Source: Sphingomonadales bacterium (GTDB lineage Bacteria > Pseudomonadota > Alphaproteobacteria > Sphingomonadales > Sphingomonadaceae). From it: a stretch of 64,000 bases of DNA. Each line of letters starts with the position of its first letter. Positions within the stretch are counted from its first letter, which is position 1. A model generated the notes under the pieces. The model did not search any database, was not told the origin of the DNA, and saw only the letters and a program-made list of their open reading frames with translations. Positions 59,345 to 64,000 of this stretch are shown in pieces. Location: NCBI GenBank assembly GCA_038244345.1, contig JBBRTO010000002.1:2949-66948 (forward strand), read 5' to 3'. The translations under genes and the position numbers were made by a program.

Positions 59345-59803
59345 ATGGGCAGACATGATCATCACCTCCACGAAGGCGAATCGCTGCACGACGCCGCGCG
59401 CGACCGGCTGACCGGCAAGGGCGAGCAGTGGACCGAAATGCGCGAAGCGGTGTTCAAGGCGCTCGCGAGCTTCGATCGTCCGGCCTCGGCTTATGACATC
59501 GCCGAAGCGGTGTCGAAGGCCGAAGGCCGCCGGGTCGCCGCCAACAGCGTCTATCGGATCCTCGATTTGTTCGTCACCTCCAACCTCGCGATGCGGGTCG
59601 AAAGTGCCAACGCCTATGTCGCCAACCAACATCCCGGCTGCCTTCACGACTGCATCTTCCTGATCTGCGACAGCTGCGGGACGACGACGCACATCGACAA
59701 TGACAGCCTGTCGGGCGGGGTCCGCCAGGCCGCCGCCGACGCCGGGTTCGAGGCCAGCCGACCGGTGATCGAGGTTCGCGGCAAGTGCGGCGACTGCAGC
59801 TAA
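59345..59803 (+). CDS. zur: Fur-family regulator, Zur-like
   Basis: His-rich N-terminus, [29 protein letters not shown]. Confidence 0.75.
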   Translation: MGRHDHHLHEGESLHDAARDRLTGKGEQWTEMREAVFKALASFDRPASAYDIAEAVSKAEGRRVAANSVYRILDLFVTSNLAMRVESANAYVANQHPGCLHDCIFLICDSCGTTTHIDNDSLSGGVRQAAADAGFEASRPVIEVRGKCGDCS

Positions 59804-59846
59804 CTTAGGTTCGACAGGCGCGTCGTCACCCGTTAGTGTGTGTCCG

Positions 59847-61781
59847 ATGTCCGATCGTCCCCACACCCCGCTCCTCGATACCATCGCCACGCCGGCCGAC
59901 ATTCGCGCGCTTGACAAGGAGCAGCTTCCACAGCTGTCCGACGAGCTTCGCGCCGAGATGATCTCGGCGGTGTCCGTCACCGGCGGGCATTTGGGGGCAG
60001 GTCTTGGCGTGGTCGAATTGACCGTCGCGCTGCACCATGTTTTCGATACACCCAGGGACACGCTGATCTGGGATGTCGGGCATCAGGCCTATCCGCACAA
60101 GATTGTCACTGGCCGCCGCGACCGCATCCGCACCTTGCGCATGGGTGCCGGCCTGTCGGGCTTCACCAAGCGCTCGGAAAGCGAATATGATCCGTTCGGA
60201 GCAGCGCACAGCTCGACTTCGATTTCCGCCGCGCTGGGTTTTGCAATCGCCAACAAGCTCGACCGAAGCACCAAGCGCGCGATCGCGGTGATCGGCGACG
60301 GCGCGATGACTGCCGGCATGGCCTATGAGGCGATGAACAATGCCGAAGCCGCTGGCAACCGGCTGATCGTCATCCTCAACGACAATGACATGTCGATCGC
60401 GCCGCCGGTCGGCGCGCTTCGCAATTCGCTCGCCCGGCTGGTCAGTTCGGGCAAATATCTCGTCCCCCGCCGGGTCGCACAGAAGCTCGCCCGGGCAATG
60501 CCCGAACCGCTCCACCGCGCTGCGCGCAAGGTCGAGGAATATGCCCGCGGGATGATGACCGGCGGCACCCTGTTCGAGGAACTCGGTTTCTATTACGTCG
60601 GTCCGGTCGACGGCCATGACGTCGAGGCTTTGGTCGACGTGCTGGAGAATGTCCGCGACGCCGAGGAAGGGCCGATGCTGGTCCATGTCGTGACCAAGAA
60701 GGGCAAGGGCTATGGCCCGGCCGAAGCTTCGGCCGACAAATATCATGGCGTGGTCAAGTTCGATGTCGTCTCGGGCAAGCAGGACAAGGGCCCGGGCGGC
60801 GGGCCGCCGGCTTATACCACGGTGTTCGCCGATGCGCTGACCGCCGAGGCGCGGCGCGACGACAAGGTGGTGGCGATCACCGCGGCGATGCCGTCTGGCA
60901 CCGGGCTCGACAAGTTCCAGGCCGAATTTCCCGACCGCACGTTCGACGTCGGGATCGCCGAGCAGCATGGCGTGACGTTCGCCGCGGGCCTCGCCGCGCA
61001 GGGCTATCGCCCGTTCTGCGCGATCTACTCGACCTTCCTCCAGCGCGCCTATGACCAAGTGGTCCATGACGTCGCGATCCAGAATTTGCCGGTGCGTTTC
61101 GCGATGGACCGCGCCGGACTGGTCGGGGCCGACGGCTGCACCCATGCCGGATCGTTCGACCTCGCTTACCTCTGCACCTTGCCCAATTTCGTGGTGATGG
61201 CGGCGGCCGACGAGGTCGAGCTGACCGACATGATCCACACCATGGCGCTCCACGATAGCGGGCCGAGCGCGGTTCGCTACCCGCGCGGCAACGGCCGCGG
61301 GCTGGCGATGCCGACTACCCCGACCCGGCTCGAGATCGGCAAGGGTCGAATCATTCGCGAGGGCAAGAAGGTCGCCATCCTGTCGCTCGGCACCCGCCTC
61401 GAAGAGGCCGAGAAGGCCGCCGAAACATTGGAAGGCATGGGCCTGTCCACCACCGTCGCCGACATGCGCTTCGCCAAGCCGCTCGACGTCGGCCTGATCC
61501 GCAAATTGCTCACCACCCATGAGGTCGCGGTGACGATCGAGGAAGCCTCGATCGGCGGGTTCGGCGCGCACGTGTTGACGCTGGCGAGCGACGAAGGGCT
61601 GATCGACGGCGGGCTGAAGCTGCGCACGATGCGCCTGCCCGATCGCTTCCAGGACCATGACAATCCGGCCAAGCAATATGACGAGGCGGGACTGAATGCG
61701 CCGCAGATCGTCGAGACGGTGCTCAAAGCGCTGCGCCATAATGACATTGGCGTGGAGGCCGGAGCCGGAGCGATCGCGTGA
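59847..61781 (+). CDS. dxs: 1-deoxy-D-xylulose-5-phosphate synthase
   Basis: [45 protein letters not shown]. Confidence 0.98.
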   Translation: MSDRPHTPLLDTIATPADIRALDKEQLPQLSDELRAEMISAVSVTGGHLGAGLGVVELTVALHHVFDTPRDTLIWDVGHQAYPHKIVTGRRDRIRTLRMGAGLSGFTKRSESEYDPFGAAHSSTSISAALGFAIANKLDRSTKRAIAVIGDGAMTAGMAYEAMNNAEAAGNRLIVILNDNDMSIAPPVGALRNSLARLVSSGKYLVPRRVAQKLARAMPEPLHRAARKVEEYARGMMTGGTLFEELGFYYVGPVDGHDVEALVDVLENVRDAEEGPMLVHVVTKKGKGYGPAEASADKYHGVVKFDVVSGKQDKGPGGGPPAYTTVFADALTAEARRDDKVVAITAAMPSGTGLDKFQAEFPDRTFDVGIAEQHGVTFAAGLAAQGYRPFCAIYSTFLQRAYDQVVHDVAIQNLPVRFAMDRAGLVGADGCTHAGSFDLAYLCTLPNFVVMAAADEVELTDMIHTMALHDSGPSAVRYPRGNGRGLAMPTTPTRLEIGKGRIIREGKKVAILSLGTRLEEAEKAAETLEGMGLSTTVADMRFAKPLDVGLIRKLLTTHEVAVTIEEASIGGFGAHVLTLASDEGLIDGGLKLRTMRLPDRFQDHDNPAKQYDEAGLNAPQIVETVLKALRHNDIGVEAGAGAIA

Positions 61782-62218
61782 TTCGCGCCTTGCTCGCCGC
61801 TGCGCTGGTCGCGGCATCCGGCGCGACCGCATCGGCTCGGCCGCCGATCTATTATCCTTCGGAATTCCCTTATCCTTTCTCCGACGCGGTGCAGGTCGGG
61901 GACATGCTGATCCTGTCGGGGCAGGTCGGCGCAAAGCCGGGCGCAGGCGCGTTGGTCCCGGGCGGGATCGATCCCGAAACCCGCCAGGCGCTCGACAATA
62001 TTGCTGCCAGTCTGAAGCGCCGCGGGCTGGCAATGGATTCGGTGGTCAAATGCACCGCAATGCTCGTCGATATGAAGGAATGGCCGGCCTTCAACGCCAT
62101 TTACGCGACCTATTTCAAGAAAGGCCGCTACCCAGCGCGGTCGGCCTTTCAGGTAGGCAGGCTTGCACTCGGCGCGAAGGTCGAGATCGAATGCTGGGCT
62201 TACTCGCCGGCGAAATGA
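61778..62218 (+). CDS. RidA family protein with N-terminal signal peptide
   Basis: PFSDAV, LSGQVG, FNAIY, PARS, VEIEC. Confidence 0.88.
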   Translation: MIRALLAAALVAASGATASARPPIYYPSEFPYPFSDAVQVGDMLILSGQVGAKPGAGALVPGGIDPETRQALDNIAASLKRRGLAMDSVVKCTAMLVDMKEWPAFNAIYATYFKKGRYPARSAFQVGRLALGAKVEIECWAYSPAK

Positions 62219-62973
62219 CCGAACGCGCCGGCAAGGCGGTCAAGGCACGCGCCGATCAACTGCTACTTGCCCAAGGCCTAGCCGAAAGCCGCACCCGGGC
62301 GCAGGCGTTGATCCTGGCAGGGAAGGTGTTTGTCGGCGATCGGCGGGTGGCCAAGGCGGGGGATTTGCTTGCCGAGGATGCGTTGCTCACCGTCAAGGGG
62401 CGCGATCACCCGTGGGTATCGCGCGGGGGCGTCAAGCTGGCGCATGGGCTCGAGCATTTCGGGTTCGACGTGACCGGCGCGGTGGCGCTCGATGTCGGAA
62501 GCTCGACCGGCGGTTTCACCGACGTGCTGCTGACCCGCGGGGCCGCGAAGGTGTACGCAATAGACGTCGGCACCAACCAGCTGGCGTGGAAGCTGCGCAG
62601 CGACGAGCGGGTGATCGTTCATGAACAGACCAACGCCCGCGACCTCACCGCCGAGATCGTCCCCGAGCTAGTCGACATCATCGTCTGCGACGCCAGCTTC
62701 ATCGGGCTCGCCAAGGTGCTCGACGCAGCGCTCGGTCTTGCCCGGCCGGGCGCCGGACTGGTTGCCTTGGTCAAGCCGCAGTTCGAGGCGGGGCGAGGCG
62801 AGGTCGGCAAGGGCGGGGTGGTGCGCGATCCTGCGATCCACCAACGGGTGTGCGACGACGCCGCGGCGTGGATCGAATCGAAGGGCTGGCGCGTAATCGG
62901 GATCGAGCCAAGTCCAATCACTGGGCCCGAAGGCAATGTCGAGTTTTTGCTCGGCGCGGAACATGGGGACTGA
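62215..62973 (+). CDS. tlyA: TlyA family rRNA methyltransferase
   Basis: S4-like RADQLL..SRTRAQ, WVSRGGVKL, DVGSSTGGFTD, VKPQFE, GPEGNVEF. Confidence 0.93.
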   Translation: MTERAGKAVKARADQLLLAQGLAESRTRAQALILAGKVFVGDRRVAKAGDLLAEDALLTVKGRDHPWVSRGGVKLAHGLEHFGFDVTGAVALDVGSSTGGFTDVLLTRGAAKVYAIDVGTNQLAWKLRSDERVIVHEQTNARDLTAEIVPELVDIIVCDASFIGLAKVLDAALGLARPGAGLVALVKPQFEAGRGEVGKGGVVRDPAIHQRVCDDAAAWIESKGWRVIGIEPSPITGPEGNVEFLLGAEHGD

Positions 62974-62974
62974 G

Positions 62975-63508
62975 ATGAACGAAGGTGTGCGCAACGATCG
63001 CGGCTTGTGGAAGACGGCGTTGGTCACGGTACCGGTGATCGTCATTGTCGGATCGTTGATGGGGCTCGTCTCCAACAGCGGCTTCGCCAACGGCTGGTAT
63101 GCAGACCTTGTCAAACCCGCTTTCCAGCCGCCGGGCTGGGCGTTCGGCGCGGTGTGGACGACACTTTATACGATGCTCGGTATCGCGCTCGCGACGATCC
63201 TCAACGAGCCGCCGTCGAACCAGCGCCGCGATGCCTTGTGGTTATTCGGGGGCCAGCTGGTCCTCAACTTTGCCTGGTCCCCAATCTTTTTCGGCCTGCA
63301 CATGATCGACGTCGCGCTGGTGGTGATTGTCGTCATGCTGCTGATGGCGGCGATGACGGGGAACTTCTTCCGCCGACTGCGCCCGGTGGCAGGATGGCTG
63401 ATGCTTCCCTATCTAGCATGGCTGTGCGTGGCGACCGCGCTCAACTATGAAACCGGACGATTGAACCCGGGGGCCGACGCAGCGCCGCTGGGACTTACGA
63501 GGAGCTAA
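62975..63508 (+). CDS. tspO: TspO/MBR family protein
   Basis: WYADLVKPAFQPPGWAFGAVWT, LNFAWSPIFF, PYLAW. Confidence 0.93.
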   Translation: MNEGVRNDRGLWKTALVTVPVIVIVGSLMGLVSNSGFANGWYADLVKPAFQPPGWAFGAVWTTLYTMLGIALATILNEPPSNQRRDALWLFGGQLVLNFAWSPIFFGLHMIDVALVVIVVMLLMAAMTGNFFRRLRPVAGWLMLPYLAWLCVATALNYETGRLNPGADAAPLGLTRS

Positions 63509-63512
63509 TATT

Positions 63513-63791
63513 ATGCAGTCAGAAAACAGGATCTTCGACGATCTCGCCAAGATGATGAACGGCGTTGCCGGCACGATGGCCGGGATGGGCCGCGAGGCCG
63601 AGGGCTCGATGCGCGAGAAAATGCGCGAATGGGTCGGGGGGATGGAATTTGTCGCCCGCGACGAGTTCGAGGCGGTCAAGGCGATGGCGGTCGCGGCGCG
63701 TGACGAGAATGAAGTGCTGAGGAAGCGGCTCGACGCGCTCGAGAAAGGCGCGAAATCGAAGCCCGCTCCCAAACCGCGTGCGGGAGCCCGA
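63513..63791 (+). CDS. UbiK/BMFP family accessory factor (no stop codon at expected end)
   Basis: MQSENRIFDDLAK...EFVARDEFEAVKAMA..AR.ENE.L..RLDALE; GGAG RBS; frame stays open to window end, so the end coordinate is inferred. Confidence 0.75.
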
Positions 63792-63793
63792 TC

Positions 63794-64000
63794 CTGGCCG
63801 ACCATGTTGCCCCCGAAGAGCATGACGACGGCGCACCGATCGACGTGCTCGAACAATATTTCGAGGCGCGCGGCTGGGCCTGCGAACGGACGGGGGAGGG
63901 CGAGATCGTCGCCTCGGCGACCGGCAGCTGGGCCCAATATGAGCTTCGTGGCGTGTGGCGCAGCGAGGATCAGGTGCTGCAGTTCCTCGCTTTTCCCGAC
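63794..64000 (+). CDS. YbjN domain protein (3'-truncated by window edge)
   Basis: APIDVLEQYFEARGW.CER.GEGEI..GSWAQYELR..WR..DQVLQF; only a CTG candidate start, 7 nt after GGGAG. Confidence 0.7.
   Translation, partial: MADHVAPEEHDDGAPIDVLEQYFEARGWACERTGEGEIVASATGSWAQYELRGVWRSEDQVLQFLAFPD

Noticed and set aside
59826-62033. 735-aa minus-strand ORF
   Set aside because: Antisense shadow of dxs.

Overview
High-GC alphaproteobacterial chromosome segment. The gene content (PEPxxWA-CTERM protein, TIR-TPR protein, TonB-dependent receptor, glnB/glnA, extended S9) suggests Sphingomonadaceae; this is an inference. Most of the window is housekeeping: phaZ, thiolase/MaoC, mscS, topoisomerase IB, pfpI, tamAB, kgtP-like MFS, glnA, glnB, map, tRNA-Gly(CCC), dctA, a nucleoside-salvage cluster, MarR-EmrAB, rplM-rpsI, ctaA, zur-like regulator, dxs, tlyA, tspO. 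No integrase, transposase, phage structural gene or CRISPR array was seen. Most notable: (1) an unannotated 49-aa ORF with four tandem DRGSTD repeats, lying after TonB-like, glycosyltransferase and TIR-TPR genes and facing a trypsin-like protease; (2) two copies of a covarying structured RNA leader, upstream of the DUF465/zf-TFIIB genes and of terC; (3) a ~2 kb cargo segment bounded by two same-orientation 34-bp palindromes between glnB and glnA; (4) an orphan CI/Cro-like switch with no prophage; (5) two apparently lost stop codons (TonB receptor into dctA, ubiK-like gene over ybjN-like gene); (6) an IPNS-family dioxygenase inside a nucleoside-uptake operon. All family calls are from motif recognition by eye, not database searches.
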